The translations under genes and the position numbers were made by a program. The notes beneath the pieces are model-generated. The model saw only the letters and a program-made list of their open reading frames with translations, did not search any database and was not told where the DNA came from. A stretch of DNA of 64,000 bases from a virus. Where the stretch lies: IMG/VR virus record IMGVR_UViG_3300023240_000010; one strand, 5' to 3'. The first letter of the stretch is position 1; each line of letters begins with the position of its first letter. Below, piece after piece: positions 28,672 through 37,768 of this stretch.

Positions 28672-29339
28672 TACTTAGTCTCCTCGACCGCTTTAACTAC
28701 ATCAGGGAAGTGTTGCTTAATTATTTCCCAACATTTATTTGCTACATCCATATGCTCTTTCTGTGTACCATTCGCCATGCGCAAATCACAATAGTGAATC
28801 CATGAACGCAAACTACCTGCCATATACAGTGTTGTTCCTGTTAAACCCTCGGGCAACAATGCACGTGCCTGTTCCTTAGCAATACCCATATCAAGTGCGG
28901 CAGCATACTCTTTCTTTGCGAAGTTGCGAACCCTCGCTTGTGAACGTCCCCATTCACTCTTAATATGTTCATCATCAGTTACATTAGAGTTCTGGCGATT
29001 CTTCTCGTCTTGAACTCGTGCTTCACGTACCACATTAATATTCTCACTCACTGCATATCTCTGTGAGAACTCTTGAAAGGCGAACGACCTGTGACGTATA
29101 ATCTGACGACCAATATCACGAGTTGTTTTAATCTCAAGTGTCAAGTGTACCATTTCAAGTGGTGACCAATGATTCTCCTTAATCAAATAACGAACTAACT
29201 TACCAGCAGTCTCGGTGTTATTCTGATTAGCGGGGTTACTCACTCTTGCCGCATATGCTACCAATTGCTCTGCTGAATTAACTCCAGTGATTGCACTAGG
29301 TTTACTCAGTGCAATCAAACTCACTTCATTTTGTTCCAT
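28671..29339 (-). CDS. thyX: FAD-dependent thymidylate synthase
   Basis: HWSPLE, RHRSFAFQEFSQRY, AKEQARALLP and TQKEH motifs. Confidence 0.96.
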   Translation of the reverse strand: MEQNEVSLIALSKPSAITGVNSAEQLVAYAARVSNPANQNNTETAGKLVRYLIKENHWSPLEMVHLTLEIKTTRDIGRQIIRHRSFAFQEFSQRYAVSENINVVREARVQDEKNRQNSNVTDDEHIKSEWGRSQARVRNFAKKEYAAALDMGIAKEQARALLPEGLTGTTLYMAGSLRSWIHYCDLRMANGTQKEHMDVANKCWEIIKQHFPDVVKAVEETK

Positions 29340-29340
29340 A

Positions 29341-29883
29341 TTAATCCCATAGTCCTTCGTAGTATTTACCAAATAGTCTGAAACCATTTGTTATTCTTTT
29401 TTGATGCGCTTCAACGCCTTTCATGTCAACTTGATAAGTATGATTAGGACCCTCTACTAATCGAAACATTCCGTCACCATTATCAACATGATCCCAGTCA
29501 GTTTCACCTTTTGAGTACTGAGACTGCCAATTAACTGGGGTTTTCTGTTCGAATGCCCAAATCATTTCGCTGATAACATATTCCCAACGCTCAAAGTATT
29601 GCTCATCAACTTCACCTTTGGTCTTGTAGTGTCGTTCGTCTTTCATGTCCCAACGTAGAAGTTCAGGAACATCTTCCATCTCAACAAAGGGTGCACCATG
29701 CTGTGTCTCTTTCAACTGAATAAGCATAGGAAGAATTATCTTTGCGAGTGTATGATCCATTGACCAAGTATCAAACTCTTCAATCACAATCTTCTCTTTT
29801 ACCTTTGCTTCATATCCAAAGTGCCAGAAAACAAAGTTGTGATACCATCGGTGTCTAGGATACTTACCTATATTAACTTTCAT
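29341..29883 (-). CDS. Conserved hypothetical phage protein
   Basis: DTWSMDHTLAKIILPML and GFRLFGKYYEGLWD. Confidence 0.75.
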   Translation of the reverse strand: MKVNIGKYPRHRWYHNFVFWHFGYEAKVKEKIVIEEFDTWSMDHTLAKIILPMLIQLKETQHGAPFVEMEDVPELLRWDMKDERHYKTKGEVDEQYFERWEYVISEMIWAFEQKTPVNWQSQYSKGETDWDHVDNGDGMFRLVEGPNHTYQVDMKGVEAHQKRITNGFRLFGKYYEGLWD

Positions 29884-29974
29884 ATGTTACCTTTTAATCA
29901 TTATGTATATGAAGTGTCGCTCTCGCTTAGGAATCATTACCAGTTTACGAAAGAGTTATCACTTCATAGGCACC

Positions 29975-30003
29975 ATTATACAGCAAAGTAAATGGATTGT
30001 CAA
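29975..30003 (-). promoter_or_regulatory. Perfect sigma70 promoter TTGACA-N17-TATAAT
   Basis: Read directly from the sequence. Confidence 0.9.
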
Positions 30004-30013
30004 GCATTATTTT

Positions 30014-30063
30014 AAAAAGAAAAGCAGTTTCGTGACATGCTCAGGTCGGTCCCAAGGCGGGAC
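30014..30063 (-). ncRNA. Candidate structured 3' element: hairpin + H-type pseudoknot + U-tract
   Basis: GTCCC-GCCTT-GGGAC hairpin, then a GAC/GTC stem whose loop AGCA pairs with downstream TGCT, then TTTCTTTTT. Confidence 0.4.
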
Positions 30064-30716
30064 TAAATCTTAGGGAAAAGTATCTCGGTCATGAAATACT
30101 CTGCACGTTCTTTGCCGATCTTCTTATTCAGTGCGGCACGTGTGCGTGGGTTTGATGCTTGGTGTTTACAGTAATTATTCTGTGCGTCCTTGATGATATC
30201 TAGTGCATCGTAAGGATCATCTTTACCAGAGGTTTTAATAACGCATTCTTGGAGCATCATCATATATTCCATGAAAGTATCTATAGCAAACTCAAACAGT
30301 TTTTCAGTCTCCTCTTCATCAGGTCTGATAGCGACGAACTGATCACTAAAACAATCTGCCCATACAGGTAGTTTTCTATCTTTATTCCATACAGTGTCGT
30401 GCCACTTGCCGTCCCATAACATAGGTGACCAATCAACGAACGCTCCAGTAATTTTACCAGTCTTAGCACTACCGACAACATCGAATCCGAAGATAGGTGC
30501 ACCGATAGACTCGCGCGGCATTACAACAACATGAGCAACAACCAGTCCATCAACATAGTATCGCTCTATGTGTGCTAGTCTAAACTTAGGCGATTCGTAT
30601 CGATAGTTCTCCCATCCAAACTCCTCTGTCTCTAATGGTTTAACGCCAGCAGACGCTTCAATGATTTCTTGCATCTCACCAGTTAGTGCGGTTAGACGAT
30701 CTTCTAAACTAATCAT
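30063..30716 (-). CDS. pcyX: Ferredoxin-dependent bilin reductase, PcyX/PcyA type
   Basis: FRLAHIE, HVVVMP...PIFGFDVV...GAFVDWSP, LPVWADCFS, QNNYCKHQASNPRT and EILFP motifs; adjacent to a heme oxygenase. Confidence 0.82.
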   Translation of the reverse strand: MISLEDRLTALTGEMQEIIEASAGVKPLETEEFGWENYRYESPKFRLAHIERYYVDGLVVAHVVVMPRESIGAPIFGFDVVGSAKTGKITGAFVDWSPMLWDGKWHDTVWNKDRKLPVWADCFSDQFVAIRPDEEETEKLFEFAIDTFMEYMMMLQECVIKTSGKDDPYDALDIIKDAQNNYCKHQASNPRTRAALNKKIGKERAEYFMTEILFPKI

Positions 30717-31242
30717 CTTTACCCATCCTTTCTAACTCTTCGAATATCTCTATGTGATAACGAAACCCTTGATTGACTTCATCGACACTTAGTTCCAATC
30801 CACGAATCGCCGCAATGATTTCTGATCGACCACCTTCGAACTTATATAAGTTACCATCAGAATAACCATTCTTTGCTACGATACCACCACCGAACATCAT
30901 ACCCATGTAGTTCAAGTAGATGTGTGAACTACGAAGATTCTCTTCAGAGTCGTATGGTCCAAGAATGTAATCAGCATATCTGTAAGCAGACTTAGGCATA
31001 TTATGACCAGTTGCTTCTTCATCTAATGATTTGAGATCATCGATGATTGCTTGTTTTCTAGGTAGATTCTCATGAGGAAGAGTATACTCACCATATTGTT
31101 CCATAGCATTAAATATTAAATACTGGGCATTAAGATAGCGAACGTAGTCCTTCTTAGACAAAGTACCATCAATCATTCGAATAGCAAAGGGTGTCGCCTC
31201 TACTGCATTATGCAAGTCAATTGTTGCTTCTCTAATATTCAT
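30709..31242 (-). CDS. hemO: Heme oxygenase
   Basis: IREATIDLHNAVE (proximal His) and HIYLNYMGMMFGG (distal helix GG). Confidence 0.85.
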   Translation of the reverse strand: MNIREATIDLHNAVEATPFAIRMIDGTLSKKDYVRYLNAQYLIFNAMEQYGEYTLPHENLPRKQAIIDDLKSLDEEATGHNMPKSAYRYADYILGPYDSEENLRSSHIYLNYMGMMFGGGIVAKNGYSDGNLYKFEGGRSEIIAAIRGLELSVDEVNQGFRYHIEIFEELERMGKDD

Positions 31243-32173
31243 TCGCGTTTACACCATAATTATTAATTAATTTCATACCGTAGTTATTAACACCTTTCTG
31301 TATCAGAACAGTTGTATCTTTATCTAGCGGATTCTTTTTGAACGACTCGTAGTTTACATGGTGATGCCATCTACCATATCTCCATACCATCGTTGCCACG
31401 TCAGGATGCATATCAACAAGCATCTGTGACTTGGCGATTGTTCCTGCTACGTTATATCTTTCTTTTACGTCTAATGTTTCGTCTGCTTGAATAGCAACAC
31501 CGTTCTCATCAATACCCAACTCTTTATGATAGAACTCTTCGGTGTTACCACCCTTGAGTGTCTGCGTTGCCATCTTGCCTTGAAGAAATGCATTGAACTG
31601 AATAGTACAGTCACCGTCTTTGAGAACGCGCAAACAAATGTCAGTGTCTTCATTGTAACGACCACGCCATCTGTGCTTACATTCATTGTCAATCAAGAGA
31701 CAAGAATAGATTCTAGTGTTCTTTACGAATGCGGGGTATGCTTGATTAGGTGCGCAGAAGAAACGATACTGAGGTCCTGCTATCATAACATTAGTGTAGC
31801 GATCAACGAAGTCTTCCATAGGAGCAAAGAATGCACCACTCTCTACACGAATGCGCTTATTATTATGAAGGCGGTAGAAATCAGCAATATTGTCGTCAAG
31901 AACCCAATGGCGTTTAGCGCCAAGTGTAATAGAATGGTCCCAGCACCAATTACGAGCGCGACCTGGACCATCACCATGGTTGCTGAAGGGCAGAAGTAAT
32001 AGAGTAACATACTTCCTAATGTTAAAATTATCAAGCGCAGTCTCATAAGCGTCCCAGTCTTGAGGTTCAATGCTAATGTAATGATGGACTTTCATTCTCG
32101 CTAATGACTGTGATGTCACCATAGAGTCTTGGCGTCCCTTTGATATAATATATATAGGATACTTAGGCGTCAT
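31232..32173 (-). CDS. GT-A glycosyltransferase of the TET-associated/GREB1-like DNA-base glycosyltransferase type
   Basis: YPIYIISKGR, GPGRARNWCWDH, HWVLDDNI, NTRIYSCLLI, WRGRYNEDTD and KGGNT motifs. Confidence 0.7.
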   Translation of the reverse strand: MTPKYPIYIISKGRQDSMVTSQSLARMKVHHYISIEPQDWDAYETALDNFNIRKYVTLLLLPFSNHGDGPGRARNWCWDHSITLGAKRHWVLDDNIADFYRLHNNKRIRVESGAFFAPMEDFVDRYTNVMIAGPQYRFFCAPNQAYPAFVKNTRIYSCLLIDNECKHRWRGRYNEDTDICLRVLKDGDCTIQFNAFLQGKMATQTLKGGNTEEFYHKELGIDENGVAIQADETLDVKERYNVAGTIAKSQMLVDMHPDVATMVWRYGRWHHHVNYESFKKNPLDKDTTVLIQKGVNNYGMKLINNYGVNANEY

Positions 32174-32501
32174 CTTGAACCCAACGCAATAATGAGTTAG
32201 CAGTTCTATCTAACCGTGGGAACCAAGTACTCTTAGTCTTCTTAGTTAATGGTTGTCCAATCAGTTTAGCAAACTCTTCATAATCTTCTTTATTTCTAAA
32301 GTGCATAGAGATAGTCTTGTAAGTAGGATTATCTTCCTGCTTGTACTCGGGCATACCAACCCATTCTTTCTTCCACTCTACAGTTTTATCTTCCATACCG
32401 ATAAACTCTGCGAGTGATGCTGGTGCTTCGGTATCTACTTCTACTCTTTCACCAACAAAGTTCTCGTACTCTGCTGATTCAGAAACTGTATTGTTCGGCA
32501 T
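32163..32501 (-). CDS. Small partner protein commonly adjacent to this glycosyltransferase family
   Basis: EWVGMPEYKQED...ISMHFRNKEDYEEFAKLIGQPLTKKTKSTWFP. Confidence 0.65.
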   Translation of the reverse strand: MPNNTVSESAEYENFVGERVEVDTEAPASLAEFIGMEDKTVEWKKEWVGMPEYKQEDNPTYKTISMHFRNKEDYEEFAKLIGQPLTKKTKSTWFPRLDRTANSLLRWVQDDA

Positions 32502-33162
32502 TTTTGCGATCCTTATATTTCTTGATTGTGTCTTGTAATGGTCCTGACCAATTATCACGATGCTCGATAAACACTTGTGGTTCATCATCGTCAACAGCAA
32601 TAATGGTAACTAGTTGTGTAATAGGTAATTGAGTGATCTCTTCCCATGCTATAGCATAGAATGACTCTTGCATAAAATACGCTTCGACATACTTGCGAAG
32701 TTTTGCTTTCTTAGCAGTCTTGAAATCGATGATTGATAACTTGCCATCAAACTCAGCAACACAATCCACTCGTCCTGCAACACCTAGATGATGCGAGTAC
32801 AATGGAACTTCTTGTGCATAGACTTTACCTATACGTGTATCTAGGATTTCTTTAACGTCAAGAAAGTTAGCAATGATGTTAGGCATATACTTCTTAGTAT
32901 AGTCTGGTACATTATTGATGTAATCTTCGATGATTTCGTGAACAGCAGTACCGCGAGTAGAGGCGCGGAAAGAAATCTTGTCTGCTTCTACATCACCAAC
33001 ACGTTTGCGCCAAGCGGCGATGCCTTTCTCAGATAGAATAGACAGACATGTAGTGATAGAGGGATACTTTTTGCCGTCAGGCGTTTCGTAGTGACGACCA
33101 GTAGAAAGGGTCTCTGACTCTAAATCAGCATAACCCAGGTCGTAATTAACGTGTTCGAACAT
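32479..33162 (-). CDS. PD-(D/E)XK (Cas4/RecB-like) exonuclease
   Basis: YPSITT, RGTAVH, QEVPLYS, AGRVDC and IIDFKT motifs. Confidence 0.88.
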   Translation of the reverse strand: MFEHVNYDLGYADLESETLSTGRHYETPDGKKYPSITTCLSILSEKGIAAWRKRVGDVEADKISFRASTRGTAVHEIIEDYINNVPDYTKKYMPNIIANFLDVKEILDTRIGKVYAQEVPLYSHHLGVAGRVDCVAEFDGKLSIIDFKTAKKAKLRKYVEAYFMQESFYAIAWEEITQLPITQLVTIIAVDDDEPQVFIEHRDNWSGPLQDTIKKYKDRKNAEQYSF

Positions 33163-33194
33163 AATATAAGTCTCTTCAATTGAATACAAGTAGT

Positions 33195-33223
33195 ATTATA
33201 TCACAGGTATTCCACCAATGCAA
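33195..33223 (-). promoter_or_regulatory. sigma70-type promoter TTGCAT-N17-TATAAT
   Basis: Read directly from the sequence. Confidence 0.7.
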
Positions 33224-33226
33224 GAC

Positions 33227-33976
33227 TTATTTTGATTTCTTTTTCAATTCTTTTTCTAATCGTCGTCGCTCTGCTCTTGTCTGTGGGACAACAACCTGCT
33301 GATCCATTCCACGACCATCACTAATATCACTCTCATCTTTCTTCTTTTGTGGACTGGTCAATGCGTCTGGATATACTACCACTTCAACATTAGGCAGTTT
33401 AGGTATCTTCAGTTGGTCATGATTGTGATGCAATACGAATTTAGTATCAGGAAACTCGCGCATGATGTCACGCCAGACAGGGCGCCAGTTGTTCAACAGT
33501 CTATAGTTGTTGACTTGTGTTCTATCACTAGACAATACAAGGTCAGTCACACTTCGCATATTGAAGTCGAACAGAGTATCGAATCCATACATATGAATCT
33601 CATCTGCTTTATGTCGTGCTGCCGCATAGTGAACTGCCATGTGACCACAGTTAAAGTTCGTTGCATTGCCAGCATATTCAGGAACATCAGTGTAGAACTC
33701 TTTGATGTTAGGGGCGTACTTGAGATAGAATGCATGACGTTCATACATCCATGCGCGAGGACGTGTGCCTAGAATCCACATATACTGATCAAGTTGAACT
33801 GACCCTTCGGTCAATGCCATCATCATCTTGAAGTCGACCATGCACGTACCGAACACCTCATCTCTAGGTATCTCGAACGGAGGCATATTACAGAGAAGTT
33901 TAGTTCCCTTTCGTGGTTCTTTCAGATAGTGCTTCGCTTGATCACCGTTACCAATAATATGAAATACTTTACTCAT
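33227..33976 (-). CDS. Putative sugar transferase, sialyltransferase/MAF(DUF115)-like
   Basis: HIIGNG...CN...GHMAVHYA...IHMYGFD pattern. Confidence 0.5.
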   Translation of the reverse strand: MSKVFHIIGNGDQAKHYLKEPRKGTKLLCNMPPFEIPRDEVFGTCMVDFKMMMALTEGSVQLDQYMWILGTRPRAWMYERHAFYLKYAPNIKEFYTDVPEYAGNATNFNCGHMAVHYAAARHKADEIHMYGFDTLFDFNMRSVTDLVLSSDRTQVNNYRLLNNWRPVWRDIMREFPDTKFVLHHNHDQLKIPKLPNVEVVVYPDALTSPQKKKDESDISDGRGMDQQVVVPQTRAERRRLEKELKKKSK

Positions 33977-34625
33977 TATACATTATCTTCTTTATCTGTT
34001 CTTTGCCCTTTGCACCTGTCCAGTGCATAGCAAGTTTGTTAGGATTGTCTTGACCATCAAGTAATTGTATACGTAACCAGTTGTATATATTAGGCACACT
34101 ATTGATGTGTGTCATACGTGAAATGGGAGTAAGCATCATAGAGTGAAGTACTTCTTGGTCTCCTACTTTAGGGTTCTTTCGACACTCATCTGCCCACTTA
34201 CGAAGTATATTAGGTTTGCCCTTCATTGCAACAACACCAGAGTTGTGCCATACTTCGCCTCTTCGTGCGCTCCAAGGTTTGTCTTCTACCATGCCTAGTT
34301 TATTATCTTCAACATGATCCCAGATACCCGATAGATCGCCCAGTACATGAATGTCTGTGTCAATCCAGCATGTCTCTTCACAAGGAGATGCAAGTAATGC
34401 TTGTGGTTTATAGAACCAACCACCAACTTTCTGTTTCTCCATTGTTATGTAGTCAGTAAATATATTATCAGTCTGTAACCATCCTTTCAATTCACGCGAT
34501 ACACCAAAGTCCATAAAGACAATAGGTGTCTTGTTGTGCTTAGTGTAGTGCTTAATAAACCAAGGGAGCATCCATTCTGTATTAGAATCGCATCCTGTTA
34601 TAAAGCATCTGCTTGTATTAGACAT
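33969..34625 (-). CDS. GT-A glycosyltransferase (GT8-like)
   Basis: WIDTD (DxD), HNSGV, GDQEVL, YNW and HWTG motifs. Confidence 0.8.
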   Translation of the reverse strand: MSNTSRCFITGCDSNTEWMLPWFIKHYTKHNKTPIVFMDFGVSRELKGWLQTDNIFTDYITMEKQKVGGWFYKPQALLASPCEETCWIDTDIHVLGDLSGIWDHVEDNKLGMVEDKPWSARRGEVWHNSGVVAMKGKPNILRKWADECRKNPKVGDQEVLHSMMLTPISRMTHINSVPNIYNWLRIQLLDGQDNPNKLAMHWTGAKGKEQIKKIMYNE

Positions 34626-35268
34626 TACTTATTATCCGATATTTGTTAGCATCATAATTATGCTTTGCTACACACCCACCTTCTTTTTGAATAGTAGTAA
34701 ATGTATCTCTTGCAACTACAGGATGTGGATAGAACTCTTCTAACCAAGGAAAGATTGCAATGTTTAGAAATACATCTGTTGGTCTGGCATAGTCATAAGC
34801 ACCCTGAATAAATGCTTTTGCTGCTTCAGGTTTGAGTCGATAACCATGTGCGCCAGGAAAGTAAGTCTTAGTTGTCAAAGGATTAACACCCATCTGACCA
34901 CACTGCATATGCTTACCATAACTAGGTGCGCCAATATTGACACAACCCGTATAACTCATAACTCTAGGAATAGGCATAACTGCTACAGCGTCATGCTCGA
35001 ATATTTGGTACTCGACATTATCTTTGATACACATTTTCCATAATGTGTAGTGTGATAAGAATGCAGACATACAGTTAAGTTTCACTGATCCCTCTTCTCT
35101 GAATCCATGCAGAGGCAATCCATAATAATCAAATAGTTTATATGGATCATCCTTAGGAGTAATAGCATTGAACATCTGAACATCATACTCAGGCGCCGAG
35201 GCAATCATTCTCTCTGCTACCTTAACAGACTCGGGTAAAGATTTTATTGTAATTACATATGATTTCAT
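34618..35268 (-). CDS. Glycosyltransferase family 25-like
   Basis: SYVITI, FLSHYTLW, IFEHDA, GAHGY and PTDVF motifs. Confidence 0.8.
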   Translation of the reverse strand: MKSYVITIKSLPESVKVAERMIASAPEYDVQMFNAITPKDDPYKLFDYYGLPLHGFREEGSVKLNCMSAFLSHYTLWKMCIKDNVEYQIFEHDAVAVMPIPRVMSYTGCVNIGAPSYGKHMQCGQMGVNPLTTKTYFPGAHGYRLKPEAAKAFIQGAYDYARPTDVFLNIAIFPWLEEFYPHPVVARDTFTTIQKEGGCVAKHNYDANKYRIISNV

Positions 35269-35963
35269 AATGAAGTTGTCGATTCGATACCTTGTACTTT
35301 AGTTACATAAGGAAACAATTGTCCCAGTTTGCGCGGTATTAGTTGTCTGCACATAATAGCATCGTTTGGCCAAGCACCGTATTCGTTCACTAAGTTTATT
35401 AGTTTCTGTGCGCCTTCGGGTTTAATGAAGTACGCAGAGTTTCCTGCTATGCCTTGTGGAATCTCAATGCTATCTATCTTAGGTGCTGGACTAACACCAC
35501 GTTTCTTACTTACACTTTCATGATATAGTTGGGCGCGTCGAGTTGCTCCCATTGGATTATTAAGTCCTATTATATCATAAGGTGACTGAGATAGCAAACT
35601 ATAATCTAATTTATTTGTAAAATATGCATCATGCTCAAATATCATTATGTCTTTCTTCTCACCTACACACTTTTTCCATAGTAGATAGTGTGACAGAAAG
35701 CAAGCGATTCTCTTATTAGGATCAACAGTTTGATAAGCAGACTTCATAAGACCAGACTGTAAATCAAGTTCTGTTCCTTGCCAAGGATAGTTCCAATTAA
35801 GTCTTTGCTGGTTAAACAATGTTGTTACACGATCCGGTGTGATTGCCTGAGTCTTATGAATCGTAAACTCGTTCTCTACTTTCTCTGAACTAGCAATGAG
35901 TCTATCGCTCGAATGCCAAGAGATTGGATTATCACTCAATGTTATTACGTAACCTTCAATCAT
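35265..35963 (-). CDS. Glycosyltransferase family 25-like
   Basis: ACFLSHYLLW, IFEHDA and GNSAYFIKPEGA motifs. Confidence 0.82.
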   Translation of the reverse strand: MIEGYVITLSDNPISWHSSDRLIASSEKVENEFTIHKTQAITPDRVTTLFNQQRLNWNYPWQGTELDLQSGLMKSAYQTVDPNKRIACFLSHYLLWKKCVGEKKDIMIFEHDAYFTNKLDYSLLSQSPYDIIGLNNPMGATRRAQLYHESVSKKRGVSPAPKIDSIEIPQGIAGNSAYFIKPEGAQKLINLVNEYGAWPNDAIMCRQLIPRKLGQLFPYVTKVQGIESTTSL

Positions 35964-36588
35964 TTTTTATCTCTATAATATAACTATCAGGAACACCGCT
36001 CGTATATCGACAATCGTATTCTACGTATCCTTCGGGCAATGCCTCGAGGAACATGTCATAGAATACTGGACTGTATACTGCTTTCTGTAACCAAGGATTC
36101 ATCGATTCATCGAAAGTCATCTTGTTCATCGGCCAAACATCTTCAATTAAGAAACTGCCGCCCTTTGCTGTATACTCCCATAGGTTCTCGAAAGTCTTTT
36201 TGTTTGCACTGGGTGTATGTAAACCATCATCAATGATAAAGTCAAACGTAATATCTTTGCCCCATGCCGCTTCAATATGACCTTGTATCCTAGGATCTGT
36301 ACTGTCTGCTTTGATGTAGTGGCACCGATCGTCCTGTAGTGCAGGAACGTCTTCGGGTTGTACACGAGTAAATATGTCAATGCCATAGACTTGTGCATTT
36401 GGAAAATAATCTAACCACGATTGATGACTCGTTCCTTTCCAAATACCTACCTCTAATATCTTAATAGGTTCGTTCCGACGCGATTCGAATACTGACTCAT
36501 ACACTGTGTGATAGTGGTGTGGGTATTTACCAGTAACGCCTTTATCACTGCCGTTCTTTTTAAAGATGTCTTTCATGTTCGTGTTCAT
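35956..36588 (-). CDS. Class I SAM-dependent (sugar O-)methyltransferase
   Basis: ILEVGIWKGTS, YGIDI, FIIDDGLH and GGSFLIED motifs. Confidence 0.85.
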   Translation of the reverse strand: MNTNMKDIFKKNGSDKGVTGKYPHHYHTVYESVFESRRNEPIKILEVGIWKGTSHQSWLDYFPNAQVYGIDIFTRVQPEDVPALQDDRCHYIKADSTDPRIQGHIEAAWGKDITFDFIIDDGLHTPSANKKTFENLWEYTAKGGSFLIEDVWPMNKMTFDESMNPWLQKAVYSPVFYDMFLEALPEGYVEYDCRYTSGVPDSYIIEIKND

Positions 36589-37289
36589 GTCAGTCTCGCT
36601 GATTTAATATCGTTCGGACAGAGTACGCTCTGCGGAACTTGTAAGTGTATGTTACCTGTACCAATATGATCTTCACGTAATCTATCAGCAAATCCTATAC
36701 CTTCTACATTTATATAGTCAATCATTCGCTGTGCTGCCACGGGACCTATTATGTAACCACTAGTGCCGTTTGTGCCTGAAAGAGGATGAGAAATGACACC
36801 GCGCTCTCCAGTCCAGTCGCGATATGGTTTCTGTGTCGTACCGAACTTTCTCATCTTATTAGCACGACCACAACCCTTTAGCATAGCAGGTGTAAGTTGT
36901 GTTGCTGAATGAGATGATATTTGAATGATCGATTCGTTTATATTGGTAGGTAATTCTGTAGGCAGAGGAGCGACAAAAAACGCATCGTGTTCTAGTATAG
37001 CAATTGGTTCATTCAATTCAACACACTTCTTATACAACATATAGTGAGTAGTGCCGTTTGCTACTCTAGTCTGTGGCGCGAACTTCTTAACAAAGTCTGT
37101 GTGTTGACCAGGTATTGGCGTCCACTTTACTTTGATGTCATGCTCTTTCCAAACTTCTTTTAAGTCAGAGAAGTGTATGCAGGGATATGATATAAGATCG
37201 ATGTCGTGCTTCTTAGCAGAATCTTTACACCTTTGCAATCCCTGCTTAGATCGAGGATCCTTCTCAGTGTAAATACAATAGACTTTCAT
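36585..37289 (-). CDS. Glycosyltransferase family 25-like
   Basis: THYMLY...AILEHDA...GTSGYIIGPVAA. Confidence 0.72.
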   Translation of the reverse strand: MKVYCIYTEKDPRSKQGLQRCKDSAKKHDIDLISYPCIHFSDLKEVWKEHDIKVKWTPIPGQHTDFVKKFAPQTRVANGTTHYMLYKKCVELNEPIAILEHDAFFVAPLPTELPTNINESIIQISSHSATQLTPAMLKGCGRANKMRKFGTTQKPYRDWTGERGVISHPLSGTNGTSGYIIGPVAAQRMIDYINVEGIGFADRLREDHIGTGNIHLQVPQSVLCPNDIKSARLT

Positions 37290-37768
37290 TAATAGTTCTC
37301 TATGTAATCAGAACATACACCAGCAAACAGAGATACATCTTGTTTGTTCAGTTCTGGTAAGTTGCATATACTAATACAATCAGCAGAATTGTAAATGTCT
37401 GTTGGTTTATATTCGCGAACAGAACTACCTGGATATGCCCAGATCCAATTAGAACTTGTTAAAGTATATGAATCACTCTCGTGGAAATAATAGTGCCAGT
37501 CTTCAAGCGAACATGAGAAGAATTGTAATGATATAACATCTTTACAGTGAATGACGATTTCATTCTTTCTTGCTCTCAACCATTCAATATTGACTTCAGT
37601 TCTATCGGACAACTTACATTCATTGGTCATATACAATCTATGACCATTCTTCCATATATCCAATTCAACCACATATCCTAATGCGATTGCTTCATCAATA
37701 TACTCTGAGGTGTTCTCGCGACCAGGATTAGGTCCACTTACATTACCACGGTGTGATATCTTAATCAT
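37289..37768 (-). CDS. Glycerophosphodiester phosphodiesterase-like protein
   Basis: ISHRGN...EN...VELDIW...IHCKD...GVCSD. Confidence 0.72.
   Translation of the reverse strand: MIKISHRGNVSGPNPGRENTSEYIDEAIALGYVVELDIWKNGHRLYMTNECKLSDRTEVNIEWLRARKNEIVIHCKDVISLQFFSCSLEDWHYYFHESDSYTLTSSNWIWAYPGSSVREYKPTDIYNSADCISICNLPELNKQDVSLFAGVCSDYIENY

Noticed and set aside
30014-30050. Hammerhead ribozyme (CTGA...GAAAC)
   Set aside because: The core reads CTGAGCA rather than CTGANGA, and stems II/III cannot be formed.
32479-33162. Cas4 as part of a CRISPR system
   Set aside because: It is a stand-alone phage exonuclease with no cas genes or array nearby.
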